A program made the translations under genes and the position numbers. A stretch of DNA of 48,560 nt from a virus (lineage: Duplodnaviria > Caudoviricetes): positions 1-48,560 of IMG/VR virus record IMGVR_UViG_3300037483_001129; one strand, 5' to 3'. The notes beneath the pieces were generated by a model. The model was not told where the DNA came from. It ran no database searches and worked only from the letters and a program-made list of their open reading frames with translations. Shown here piece after piece: positions 1-9,527 of this stretch; position 1 is the stretch's first letter, and each line of letters starts with the position of its first letter.

Positions 1-458
1 TGATCCCAATTCCCTTGTCTACCATTTATCGGCAGGTAGAGGCTATAGTTGGCACTCTAATGACCTGCTTCATAATATGATGTTGGTTGCGTATGTGGTT
101 GGTGGGGAGGAATGGATGGACAGGATACTTATTACCTATATTAACAAAGTTGGTACGTTAACCCAAACACTTGAGCTTTTATACAATGAAGCTAAAGAAG
201 AAGGAGAACCGCTTAAAAAATGGTTGGATGAGAATAAAATAATGACGTTTGAGGAAATGCTGGGATTAAATAAAGATAATGATTGTACTAAATGCGTGAA
301 AAGAGGATATCCAGAACCCCACGTCATGCGGATATGGGATAAATTAAATGAGGAAAAGTATGGCTACCATCGCAGCTATGTCACCAACTTTGCTCTGCGA
401 CGTGAAGAAGACAAAGTTTTCATAGGAAATACTGAAATATATGTACCTCAAGCCTTAG
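1..458. repeat. Imperfect terminal direct repeat / circularisation overlap, copy 1
   Basis: 1-95 and 347-458 are identical to the contig end; 96-346 is colinear but diverged. Confidence 0.95.
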
Positions 459-481
459 AAATCGCCAAAAAGTATCTCTGA
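1..481 (+). CDS. C-terminal part of the ppGalNAc-T-like glycosyltransferase that begins at 47405 (alternative allele; gene spans the circular junction)
   Basis: 1-458 aligns without gaps to 48103-48560; same reading frame (DPNSLVYHL...MMLVAY...PQALEIAKKYL*), stop TGA at 479-481. Confidence 0.85.
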   Translation, partial: DPNSLVYHLSAGRGYSWHSNDLLHNMMLVAYVVGGEEWMDRILITYINKVGTLTQTLELLYNEAKEEGEPLKKWLDENKIMTFEEMLGLNKDNDCTKCVKRGYPEPHVMRIWDKLNEEKYGYHRSYVTNFALRREEDKVFIGNTEIYVPQALEIAKKYL

Positions 482-595
482 TTATTACTTCGAGTTATAC
501 TAAGTTATGACAACTTCAGTTGTTTTGTGCAGAAATTGTGAGGAGGAAGTTTAATGGCGTGGATTGATTACACAATAGTTAGCGTTTAAAAATAA

Positions 596-3500
596 ATGGC
601 AAATATACCAACACAACTAACTTCGGAATTAATAAGTAAACGTACCTATAACTCCAAGACCTTCCAAAATCCCGATGGATCACAAACCCTAGAGTCCCAC
701 ATCGGCCACATCCACTACCAAGACAAGTTAGGGGATAACTCCTTTAAAGAGATCGACTTTATCCTAACCTGGGACGCTACCCGCACCGCCTGGGTGATGG
801 AAAAACATAACTTTCAAGTCTTTTTTCCAGAGTACGCCGATCAGTGGGCGGGCTTTCGGGATCTTTATCAGGGCAAGGATCAAACGGTCAGGTTTAAAGC
901 GGTGGCCTCCCACGTCCAGGGAAGATTAGTTGCTTCGATTCCCAATTTAACTGATTCCAACGCCATAATTTACGATGACGCTTTCGGGATGGGGATGGAT
1001 TATATTCTCTGCTTTAGCCGTTCTGGGTTAAGAAAGCTAGTTAGAATCAGGGAGGTATTTTACCCCGCATCCGATGCTACTTTTGACTTTGAGTTTGACA
1101 GAGGAGGACTATCAGCCCAAAGACGAACTGATAACGGAACTTTAACTTCAGTAGATCTAACCAGATCAGTTACTTTAGACGATGACGATCAAACCGTTCT
1201 AGGGACAAATCAAGGAGACGGTCAAGAGTGGTTTACTTACCTTAGAAAAATGGTGGTTTGGGACAGCTCACTTCAACCCCAAACCAGACGAGTCCCTTTT
1301 CAACATAGAAAAGTCGGAACCAAGTTCTATCTAAGGAAAACCATTCCTCAGGCTTGGTTTGCTCAAGCCCAAGGAGATGTTTACACCGACACCACTACTT
1401 CCTATTACGTCGGATCTGGTGATGGGGCGGTTTATGCCGATAATACTCAAGGGAATTGGGCGACCATTCACGCTCTCTCTGATGGTAAAGGAACACAGCT
1501 TGCAGCTATCATGGAAACGTGGTCTGGGCCCTTGCCTTACATTGCCAGAACATTTCTACCTATCGACACCTCTGCCATACCTGACGATGCCACAATCAGT
1601 GCAGCTACTCTAAATGTCTATGCTAACTCCAAGGCTAATAATGATAACGACGGGGACGACTGGATCAATGTCGTCCAGACTTCGCAGGCCTCGACTTCAA
1701 CTCTAGCAGTAGGTGATTTTGACCAATGCGGAGCAATCACCAATCCAACTGAGGGAGCTACCAGAATAGATATTGGGAGTGTCACCACAAGTGCCTACAA
1801 TGGCTTTGTTTTAGATGCTACGGGAATAGGTTGGATTAGTTTGACTGGAACCACCCTACTTGGTTTGCGGGAAGGTCATGACGCTATTGACTCGGTACCT
1901 ACAGGCGGAGATGGAGTTCAGTGGGCTTCCCAAGGTGACACTTCTGGCACCAAAGACCCTTATTTGGAGGTGACTTACACAGCAGGAGGAGCAACCACAA
2001 CGTCCACATCCACCTCTACGAGTTCTACAACAAGCTCAACAACGTCGTCATCAACATCTACGTCCACTTCTACGACCTCGTCGACAAGTTCAACGTCCAG
2101 CTCAACTTCGACTAGCTCCAGCACGTCCACAAGCACATCCACTTCCAGTACAACATCAACTGAAACGACGAGCTCCAGCACATCCACATCAACTTCTACG
2201 TCTACCTCAACGTCAACTAGCTCAACGACAAGCAGCACAACATCGACAGAAACAACCAGCTCCAGCACATCAACGTCAACGACTTCCAGTTCAACATCGA
2301 GTACAACAACTTCGACAAGTTCAAGTACAAGCACCAGCAGTACTACTTCTTCGACAACGAGTACGGAGACAACATCCAGTTCTACCAGCACCAGCAGTTC
2401 TACGACAACTAGTTCAACTTCCAGCTCGACAACTTCTACTGAAACAACCAGTAGCTCGACTTCAACTTCCAGCTCAACAACTACAAGTACAACTTCTAGT
2501 AGCACTACTTCCACTGAAACAACAAGTAGTTCAACCTCAACATCTACTACATCGACTAGTACTACATCAACGGAAACAACATCTAGTTCAACATCAACTT
2601 CCAGTTCAACGACTACCAGTACAACTAGTTCTTCGACTACCAGTACAGAAACTACTAGTAGTTCAACATCAACCAGCACAAGTACCTCAACTTCCAGCTC
2701 TACCAGCACCAGTACTACAACCAGTTCTACTACTACATCTGGAGTTACGACAACTTCTACTTCCAGTTCAACAACAACCAGCAGCACTTCCAGCTCAACA
2801 ACAACAACTGAAACTACAAGTAGTAGCACTTCCAGCTCAACAACAACGAGTTCAACTTCCTCGTCAACAACCAGTACAGAAACCACAAGTAGCTCAACTT
2901 CGACATCAACAAGTACAAGCTCGTCAACCAGCTCAAGTACCTCATCTACAACTTCAACTACAACCTTTAGTTCAAGTTCTACTACCTCAACGTCAACTTC
3001 CACGTCAACAAGTTCATCTACGAGTAGCTCAACATCAACCAGCTCAACAACGACATTCTGCGGTAATTTAACTGAATTTGTTGATGAGCCAATGACAACA
3101 ACAGCACCATCAACAGGAACTTTAAAAAATAACGCAGTTTGGGTAGATGGTGGAGCTGGAAATAGTTATTTACGTCTCACTACTGCCTCTGCCAGCATTT
3201 CAGGACAAATTGAATATTATGCTGACCTGAAGGACGCTTTTGAAGTTACTTTTGATATGTGGGCTGGTGGAGGAACGGGAGCTGATGGAGTCTGGTTTTA
3301 CTTTGGTTCTAGTTCTACTCCAACAACCGACCTAAATATGAAGGGAGGTTACGGAGTAACTTTTAGCGAATATTCTGATGTCTGTAGAATATATTTTGAT
3401 ACAACAGTTATTTCTTCTGTAGCTGTTTCAAGCTTAGACAATTCTACATGGAGAAGTGTCAGAATAAGATTTGATTCACAAAACTTCGCAATCTTTATCA

Positions 3501-4003
3501 ATGAGGCTTTAATACTTGGTTACACAGATTTAACACCCAGAACTTTAGCAGGATATTATTTCGGTTGGGCTGCACGGACTGGAGGATTAAACAATGAACA
3601 CAGAATACGAAATATTACCCTAGACACTTGTGGACTTATTACCACAACCAGTACAAGTACAAGCACCAGTTCCTCAACATCCAGTTCAACCAGCTCAAGT
3701 ACCAGCTCGTCAAGTTCAACGTCAACAACTACAAGTTCTACATCCAGTTCAACCAGTTCTTCAACCAGCAGCAGTTCATCAACTTCCAGTTCAACAAGCT
3801 CAAGTACCAGTAGCTCTAGCTCATCAACTAGCACATCAACTTCCAGTTCAAGTTCAACTAGTACTAGTACAAGCTCAACTTCTACAACTACATTCAGGCC
3901 AACTGTTTTTTCAAGAGGGAATATCGAAGGAATTGAGTTGTTTGCGGATATCAAGAATGAGAAACCTACTTTTGGCAGAATTGAGTCAATGAAACCTGAC
4001 TAA
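596..4003 (+). CDS. Large virion adhesin/fibre-like protein: N-terminal domain, DNRLRE/CBM96-like beta-sandwich, ~350-aa Ser/Thr tract, legume-lectin-like domain, second Ser/Thr tract
   Basis: ARTFLPIDTSAIPDDATISAATLNVY...DPYLEVTY resembles DNRLRE; LRLT..GQIEY..GGTGADGVWFYF..WAARTGGLNNEHRI resembles an L-type lectin; S/T tracts are visible in the translation. Confidence 0.7.
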   Translation: MANIPTQLTSELISKRTYNSKTFQNPDGSQTLESHIGHIHYQDKLGDNSFKEIDFILTWDATRTAWVMEKHNFQVFFPEYADQWAGFRDLYQGKDQTVRFKAVASHVQGRLVASIPNLTDSNAIIYDDAFGMGMDYILCFSRSGLRKLVRIREVFYPASDATFDFEFDRGGLSAQRRTDNGTLTSVDLTRSVTLDDDDQTVLGTNQGDGQEWFTYLRKMVVWDSSLQPQTRRVPFQHRKVGTKFYLRKTIPQAWFAQAQGDVYTDTTTSYYVGSGDGAVYADNTQGNWATIHALSDGKGTQLAAIMETWSGPLPYIARTFLPIDTSAIPDDATISAATLNVYANSKANNDNDGDDWINVVQTSQASTSTLAVGDFDQCGAITNPTEGATRIDIGSVTTSAYNGFVLDATGIGWISLTGTTLLGLREGHDAIDSVPTGGDGVQWASQGDTSGTKDPYLEVTYTAGGATTTSTSTSTSSTTSSTTSSSTSTSTSTTSSTSSTSSSTSTSSSTSTSTSTSSTTSTETTSSSTSTSTSTSTSTSTSSTTSSTTSTETTSSSTSTSTTSSSTSSTTTSTSSSTSTSSTTSSTTSTETTSSSTSTSSSTTTSSTSSSTTSTETTSSSTSTSSSTTTSTTSSSTTSTETTSSSTSTSTTSTSTTSTETTSSSTSTSSSTTTSTTSSSTTSTETTSSSTSTSTSTSTSSSTSTSTTTSSTTTSGVTTTSTSSSTTTSSTSSSTTTTETTSSSTSSSTTTSSTSSSTTSTETTSSSTSTSTSTSSSTSSSTSSTTSTTTFSSSSTTSTSTSTSTSSSTSSSTSTSSTTTFCGNLTEFVDEPMTTTAPSTGTLKNNAVWVDGGAGNSYLRLTTASASISGQIEYYADLKDAFEVTFDMWAGGGTGADGVWFYFGSSSTPTTDLNMKGGYGVTFSEYSDVCRIYFDTTVISSVAVSSLDNSTWRSVRIRFDSQNFAIFINEALILGYTDLTPRTLAGYYFGWAARTGGLNNEHRIRNITLDTCGLITTTSTSTSTSSSTSSSTSSSTSSSSSTSTTTSSTSSSTSSSTSSSSSTSSSTSSSTSSSSSSTSTSTSSSSSTSTSTSSTSTTTFRPTVFSRGNIEGIELFADIKNEKPTFGRIESMKPD
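1993..3055 (+). repeat. Low-complexity Ser/Thr coding tract with 9 copies of TETTSSST
   Basis: Read from the translation; synonymous codons vary between copies. Confidence 0.9.
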
Positions 4004-4023
4004 TAAGTTATACTGAATATATG
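4003..4023 (+). promoter_or_regulatory. Conserved ATAAGTTATACTGAATATATG element (-10-like TATACT 6 nt before ATG)
   Basis: Exact 21-nt copies at 4003, 5799 and 9507. Confidence 0.7.
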
Positions 4024-5790
4024 GCTAATACGCATTCACTAGACCTTGACTCTGGTAGTTCTCAGTACGCTTATATTGCTGATGGAAGCCAAACAGGTTT
4101 AGACTTCTCAACAACATTCACGTTAGAAATGTGGATTAACATGGATTCACTTCCAGCAAGTGGTTCTGTTTATGAGCTTATTTCAAAAGATGACGGAACT
4201 AACCGAAGCTATTTCTTCCAGTTAAGGAACAATGCGGGAACAATGAGAATGGAAGCTGGCGTTTACAACGGAGCTAATGGAGATAGATATACTCAGAATC
4301 ATGGTTTCACGGCTACTACATGGACTCATGTTGCATTAACTTGTGATACTGGCAACGCATCTGCAACAACATTTGAGTTTTTTGTTAATGGTGAAAGCCT
4401 GGGTAATGGAACTGCAGCAACTTCCGATAATATTGCAACTATTACCGACACAGCAGAGTCCTTCATTATCGGAGCTTTTGGCGATATATCAACATTCTTT
4501 AATGGAAAAATAGATGACGTTCGTGCTTGGAGTGATGTTAGGACTGCTTCAGAAATTGAAACCAATTTCCACAAAGAACTTGTTGGAAACGAAGCCAATC
4601 TTGTAGGATATTGGAAACTTAATAATGGATACCTTGACGAAACCTCAAACAACAACGATTTGACTTCGAGTGGTTCACCTGTATTTGCCACAAACCCAGC
4701 ATTTACGGAAACAGAAACTTATTCTTTAGATTTAGAAAAAGCAAGTTCTCAATATCTCAATATTGCGGATGTCAACCAAATTGGTTTGGATTTAAATTCA
4801 ACTTTTACTATTGAGTTTTGGATGAAACCAGAAAGCATAGACGAAGTTATGGAAATCATTTACAAAACCAATTACCGAGTTTATTTATATACTGATAATA
4901 CGATTACAGGAGTGATAATAGGTTCAGATGCTAAAGTTGATAATTATAACTACACCCTGACCTCCCCGATAGGGAATTGGACACATGTAGCTATAACTGC
5001 GGATTCAAGCCAGGCTTCAGCTACAACATTTGAGTTTTTTGTTAATGGCTCAAGTGTCGGGAATGGAACTGCGGTGGTTTCACAAAATGCAACCGATATA
5101 GGTACAAACTCTAATTCTTTTCAGGTTGGTTGGGGTACTACAACACATTTTTATGATGGTTTACTTGATGAAATAAGAATCTGGAGTGATGTAAGAACTT
5201 CAACTGAAATAGCAAATAATTATTTAAGCATTATTGATGCTACATCTTCAGGATTAGTTGCATATTGGCGGATGGAAAATAATTATACGGATTTAACAGC
5301 CAATAATAACTATTTGACACCGCAACTTTCTCCAGTATTTAGTACAGACGTTCCTGCTGGACTTGGAACAACTACAACAACAACTACTTCTACTTCAACA
5401 TCAAGTTCGAGTTCAACGTCTACTTCAACTTCCAGTTCAACTTCTACTTCAACGTCAACGTCAACATCTAGTTCCACAAGTTCTTCCACGTCAACGTCAA
5501 CATCAACGACAACAGCAACTACTGTTACAAGTTCATCAACCAGCACATCTACTTCCACGTCAACCTCAACTTCCAGTTCAAGTACCAGCAGTTCCAGCTC
5601 AACCAGCACGTCTTCATCCAGCTCAAGTTCTTCGACATCAAGCACAAGTACCAGCACGTCTACGTCTTCATCAACGTCAACGTCTACAAGCACAAGTTCA
5701 ACCACTACCCCTCCACCAGAAAAAATACCTTTAATGGGTGGTTCTATATATAAGGAATTTATAAGTGGAAAACTGTATATTAAATCTTAA
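4021..5790 (+). CDS. Tandem LamG/ConA-like lectin domain protein with C-terminal Ser/Thr tract (receptor-binding or decoration)
   Basis: Two repeats of FT(L/I)ExW..WTHVA..FFVNG..F(F/Y)xGxxD(D/E)(V/I)RxW..LVxYW; S/T tract at ~5368-5709. Confidence 0.85.
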   Translation: MANTHSLDLDSGSSQYAYIADGSQTGLDFSTTFTLEMWINMDSLPASGSVYELISKDDGTNRSYFFQLRNNAGTMRMEAGVYNGANGDRYTQNHGFTATTWTHVALTCDTGNASATTFEFFVNGESLGNGTAATSDNIATITDTAESFIIGAFGDISTFFNGKIDDVRAWSDVRTASEIETNFHKELVGNEANLVGYWKLNNGYLDETSNNNDLTSSGSPVFATNPAFTETETYSLDLEKASSQYLNIADVNQIGLDLNSTFTIEFWMKPESIDEVMEIIYKTNYRVYLYTDNTITGVIIGSDAKVDNYNYTLTSPIGNWTHVAITADSSQASATTFEFFVNGSSVGNGTAVVSQNATDIGTNSNSFQVGWGTTTHFYDGLLDEIRIWSDVRTSTEIANNYLSIIDATSSGLVAYWRMENNYTDLTANNNYLTPQLSPVFSTDVPAGLGTTTTTTTSTSTSSSSSTSTSTSSSTSTSTSTSTSSSTSSSTSTSTSTTTATTVTSSSTSTSTSTSTSTSSSSTSSSSSTSTSSSSSSSSTSSTSTSTSTSSSTSTSTSTSSTTTPPPEKIPLMGGSIYKEFISGKLYIKS

Positions 5791-5798
5791 CTGGTAAT

Positions 5799-5819
5799 AT
5801 AAGTTATACTGAATATATG
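5799..5819 (+). promoter_or_regulatory. Second copy of the ATAAGTTATACTGAATATATG element
   Basis: Exact match to the 4003 and 9507 copies. Confidence 0.7.
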
Positions 5820-7031
5820 ATTAGAATTAAAATATCCAATCCAGACCTATCGGGAGAGGAAAAAACAAACCTCGATGCAGACTATTCCAGTGGAACAACA
5901 TTAACAGTAAGGAACAGTGACAACTTTACAACAAATTGGTTTGCTGTAGTTGGTGAGCCTGGACAGGAAAGAACTGAGGCTGATTATGTAGCTTCTACTA
6001 CATCTACAACCATTGTTTTGAATAGCGGATTATCTTATTCACATAACAAATCTGCTCCAGTTTATCGTTCCCACTATAACCAGGTAAGCGTAGAAAGAAA
6101 ACCAAGTGGTGGAAGTTATGCTCAGATAGCTGAAGGGCTAATTGATATTGAATGGGACAATTCTGACAAAAACACATTTGTTACGATATCGGCAGGACAA
6201 TCTACGGATACATTTAAATGGAGATTTTATAATTCAGTTACAAGTGAATATACAGCTTATTCAGATGAACTTGCAGGAACAGGCGTAGCCAGAAATCAAC
6301 TGGGACACATTATAGAATTAGTAAAGAAAAATCCTATTGCTAAAAATGTAGATATAGAGACCATAATTAGCTATGCAAATGACTTCCAAGATGTCGCATA
6401 TGATGAAATGCCTAAAGCATGGTGGTTTCAGAAAACTGGGACTGCAATATCAACCGTGGCTGATACTTACACTTATAGCATTGATGACAACTGGAGTGAT
6501 TTATTGTCAATTAAATTCGTGCTCTATCGGTATGTAAACGGAAGCGTAGATGAAACATATCCGCTTACGTATTCTCCTTTAAATGAGTTTTATAATAAAA
6601 AGACTGATGCCAATAAACCAAGCGATGATTATGTAAAATATTGGACATTCAAACCTCCAGACTCAAGTTCTGCAAAAGGTTATATTTTACTTGACCCAAC
6701 ACCAGATACGACCAGTTGTTATATTCAGCCCATTTACCAATTTGAATTAACTGCATTGGATAGTTTTGGAGACGAAATTGTAGTTCCTTATCAAAAAGGA
6801 TATACAGACTATATCTTTTACAGGATATTTAATGATATTAAAAATGATACGAATAATGCCGTCAAGTACAATAAAATTGTCGAAGGAGATTTGATTGCAT
6901 TAAGAAAAAGAGCTAGAAGGCAACTTGGACAACCAGAATTATTTAGATGGAGAGGAATTAAGGGTTGGTCAAAAATGTATGGTGGAGACCAGGTAAGAAG
7001 GTCCAGCACCGCCAATGAACTATTTTGGTAA
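5817..7031 (+). CDS. Putative head-tail adaptor / tail tubular protein A-like, with N-terminal extension
   Basis: Lies before the nozzle-like gene; the C-terminal half has an adaptor-like pattern (DTYTYSI...LDPTPD...EIVVPY...AVKY). Confidence 0.5.
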   Translation: MIRIKISNPDLSGEEKTNLDADYSSGTTLTVRNSDNFTTNWFAVVGEPGQERTEADYVASTTSTTIVLNSGLSYSHNKSAPVYRSHYNQVSVERKPSGGSYAQIAEGLIDIEWDNSDKNTFVTISAGQSTDTFKWRFYNSVTSEYTAYSDELAGTGVARNQLGHIIELVKKNPIAKNVDIETIISYANDFQDVAYDEMPKAWWFQKTGTAISTVADTYTYSIDDNWSDLLSIKFVLYRYVNGSVDETYPLTYSPLNEFYNKKTDANKPSDDYVKYWTFKPPDSSSAKGYILLDPTPDTTSCYIQPIYQFELTALDSFGDEIVVPYQKGYTDYIFYRIFNDIKNDTNNAVKYNKIVEGDLIALRKRARRQLGQPELFRWRGIKGWSKMYGGDQVRRSSTANELFW

Positions 7032-7037
7032 ATATGT

Positions 7038-7328
7038 ATGGCAACTTCATTAACAGAAAAAGTTAAAGATATTAAAGATATGTCTGGTGGAGTCCAAAGG
7101 ACTACCAGCAAGTTTTTAAGGCAAGCAAATGAACAGGAATTAGGCATAAATACAGATTACAAAAGAGTTGGTGGAATAGGCAAAATATTAGGTTATACAC
7201 AGCTTGGTAATACAATAACCACATCAACAACAACATCGACCACAAGCTCAACTACAACCTCAACGTCAACCAGTACATCGAGTAGCACATCAAGTTCTAC
7301 TAGCACATCTAGCACAACAACACCATGA
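7038..7328 (+). CDS. Small virion protein resembling the N-terminus of podoviral nozzle proteins, plus Ser/Thr tail
   Basis: MSGGV...ANE...NTDY..GGIGKILGY followed by ~36 S/T residues ending TTTP; ATGA overlap with the next gene. Confidence 0.55.
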   Translation: MATSLTEKVKDIKDMSGGVQRTTSKFLRQANEQELGINTDYKRVGGIGKILGYTQLGNTITTSTTTSTTSSTTTSTSTSTSSSTSSSTSTSSTTTP

Positions 7329-8812
7329 CAAAGATACTTGGCTTACATGGACATAATTTTATTGATGGTACAGAAACTCTTACGGCAGTTTGGGCTAAAA
7401 CTCCAATGGTTTATAAATCTGGAAGCTGGATACGGGGTGGAAACTTAACAGCCAACCAGGATGCATATTTAGCTTCATATATTAATAGAGTGTTTCTTGT
7501 TAATGGTAATGAGAATTTGGAATATAACAATGTAGACTGGCGTAGTGATGACAATTTTGCAGGTTCACCAATTGCTAAATTTATAATATCAAGTGATTCT
7601 TACTTGTTTCTTTACAATATTACAATTAACGGAGTCAGATATCCTTCAAGGGTATGGCTGTCGGATTTACCACAAAATAACAAATTAACGTGGGGGTTGG
7701 ATTGGGGAAACGATTTGGTTACAACGGCAAGTGATGCAACTATAGATTCAGCAAGTGGACATTTCAAAGATTGGAATATTAAAGTGGGCGACCCATTTTT
7801 TATTACTTCTGGAACAAACAGAGGCCACTATACAGTTTTATCCGTTACAAGCAATACAGAGCTTGAACTTACGGAAAACTTAGTTAATACAAGTAGCGGA
7901 GATTCCTTCTGGACTGGCGGAAATTGGTTTGACGTGGGAACTGAAAATGGTGATGCAGGGAATGGATTTGGTATAGCCTCAAATGAAGTTGTTTGCTTTA
8001 AAAAGGATTCAGTTTACAGATACAATGTTTCTGGTACTTCTTTGAGAAGAATTAAAGATGTGCCTGGGACTACATCACCTAAAAGTATAGTTGAATGGGG
8101 AGGATATTCATATTGGTATCATCCATCAGGAATTTATAGAACAAGTGCAGGAACAGGTGAGTGGATATCGGGCAAGATTGATGACATTATTGATGGTGTT
8201 ACAACCGCTAATCAGACTCAAGTTGTTAGCTGGATAAACAAAATCGAAAAAACCATCAATATGTATTTAGGAAATGTTACATTGCGAAGCGGAGATACAA
8301 TCTCAAATTGTGTTGCAACGCTTGATACCACTTCAAATATTTGGACACCACGTTCTTATAACATGATAATTACAGCAGCAACAAACTGGCTTCACAGTAG
8401 CGTACCAGAAGTTTATGTCGGAGATGATGATTCTGGTGTACATCAAATAGATACAGGAACTTCGTTTAATACGGCTGATATTCCATTTTCAGTTGAATAT
8501 TGGCCCGAATTTCCAGCAGGTGAAGATGCTGTGGTTACTTTTAACAGAGTTAGAGCATTTATTGACAATGGTCCAGATGTGCAATTGCTTTATAAGCTCT
8601 ACTATATGCCTACTGAAAACGAAGATGTATTTATTAACGACACAGAATGGCATCCGATGACGGGAAGTCAGGTTGGAGAAAGATGCGATTGGTATTTTCC
8701 TTCTGACACACGGGCTGCTGGAGTAGCTTTAAAAGCAGTACAAAGTGGTGCTGATGAAAGCTTCTTAATAGAGAAGTTTACGATTTATTATTCAATGGAA
8801 GCAAACAATTAA
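7325..8812 (+). CDS. Putative tail nozzle / DNA stabilisation protein (P22 gp10 / T7 gp12-like)
   Basis: 495 aa, beta-rich; PSRVWLSD, VVCFKKDSVY, GTTSPKSIVEW patterns; position in the tail module. Confidence 0.55.
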   Translation: MTKILGLHGHNFIDGTETLTAVWAKTPMVYKSGSWIRGGNLTANQDAYLASYINRVFLVNGNENLEYNNVDWRSDDNFAGSPIAKFIISSDSYLFLYNITINGVRYPSRVWLSDLPQNNKLTWGLDWGNDLVTTASDATIDSASGHFKDWNIKVGDPFFITSGTNRGHYTVLSVTSNTELELTENLVNTSSGDSFWTGGNWFDVGTENGDAGNGFGIASNEVVCFKKDSVYRYNVSGTSLRRIKDVPGTTSPKSIVEWGGYSYWYHPSGIYRTSAGTGEWISGKIDDIIDGVTTANQTQVVSWINKIEKTINMYLGNVTLRSGDTISNCVATLDTTSNIWTPRSYNMIITAATNWLHSSVPEVYVGDDDSGVHQIDTGTSFNTADIPFSVEYWPEFPAGEDAVVTFNRVRAFIDNGPDVQLLYKLYYMPTENEDVFINDTEWHPMTGSQVGERCDWYFPSDTRAAGVALKAVQSGADESFLIEKFTIYYSMEANN

Positions 8813-9355
8813 ATGAATGACGAAACAAATTACAAAACATCTGGCTATGATGAGTTTTTAAGAAGAGATTTTAACGCACAACCAGAAACTACCGAGGATA
8901 TAGCCTCAATTCAAACACCACAACTGGCTGCTGAAACTTTAACAGGAAATGTACCAAAAGATAGCGTTACAACTGCCCTGGAAGATTCTATTCAAGAAAC
9001 TGGGACATCAACGGTTTCGTTTACTTTGCCAAATGGTTTCAAGGCTAGAGTGACAAGCACCATTACAGATAGGGATAATCCAGGTAAAGTAATGTTCGGC
9101 ATTTGCGAAACAGCTTCGTACGAAACAAATATCGGAAATTCCAGTTATGTTATTCCATATGGAGCAAGTATAGATTCAACAGATTATCAATATGCTACTT
9201 TTTACGATTACGATAGAAACCAAACAGGTTCACAACCAGGTTCAAATTTATCGTACACAATAGTTATTACAAATGTAAGTGGGGTTAGTAAGTCTATTTA
9301 TATGTATTTTAGATGGCGTTATCTTGGTAAATTAAGCAGTGCAACAGAATCATGA
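8813..9355 (+). CDS. Hypothetical virion (tail) protein
   Basis: 180-aa ORF abutting the nozzle-like gene. Confidence 0.6.
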   Translation: MNDETNYKTSGYDEFLRRDFNAQPETTEDIASIQTPQLAAETLTGNVPKDSVTTALEDSIQETGTSTVSFTLPNGFKARVTSTITDRDNPGKVMFGICETASYETNIGNSSYVIPYGASIDSTDYQYATFYDYDRNQTGSQPGSNLSYTIVITNVSGVSKSIYMYFRWRYLGKLSSATES

Positions 9356-9510
9356 GAAGAACAATTTTAGCTAATAACAAACCCATAGGTTTTGTAGATG
9401 GTCCAAAGGTTTCAATATCCATTTCAGACAATAGTGGAAGGGAAATTAAAGTAGAACAGGTTGAAATCAAACCCAAGAACAAGAATCATAGCAAGAAATT
9501 GGTAAAATAA
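9352..9510 (+). CDS. Small hypothetical protein, 52 aa (MRRTILANNKPIGF...), not in the ORF track
   Basis: ATGA overlap with the upstream stop; fills the gap exactly. Confidence 0.5.
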   Translation: MRRTILANNKPIGFVDGPKVSISISDNSGREIKVEQVEIKPKNKNHSKKLVK

Positions 9511-9527
9511 GTTATACTGAATATATG
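9507..9527 (+). promoter_or_regulatory. Third copy of the ATAAGTTATACTGAATATATG element
   Basis: Exact match. Confidence 0.7.

Noticed and set aside
96-346. Diversity-generating retroelement TR/VR pair with 48198-48448
   Set aside because: Differences are not adenine-specific and many are synonymous; there is no reverse transcriptase gene.
1975-3003. Antisense V/E/L/D-rich ORFs (also 3556-3954, 5310-5705, 34469-34738, 34945-35211) and off-frame Q/L/P-rich ORFs
   Set aside because: Shadow frames created by the Ser/Thr codon tracts.
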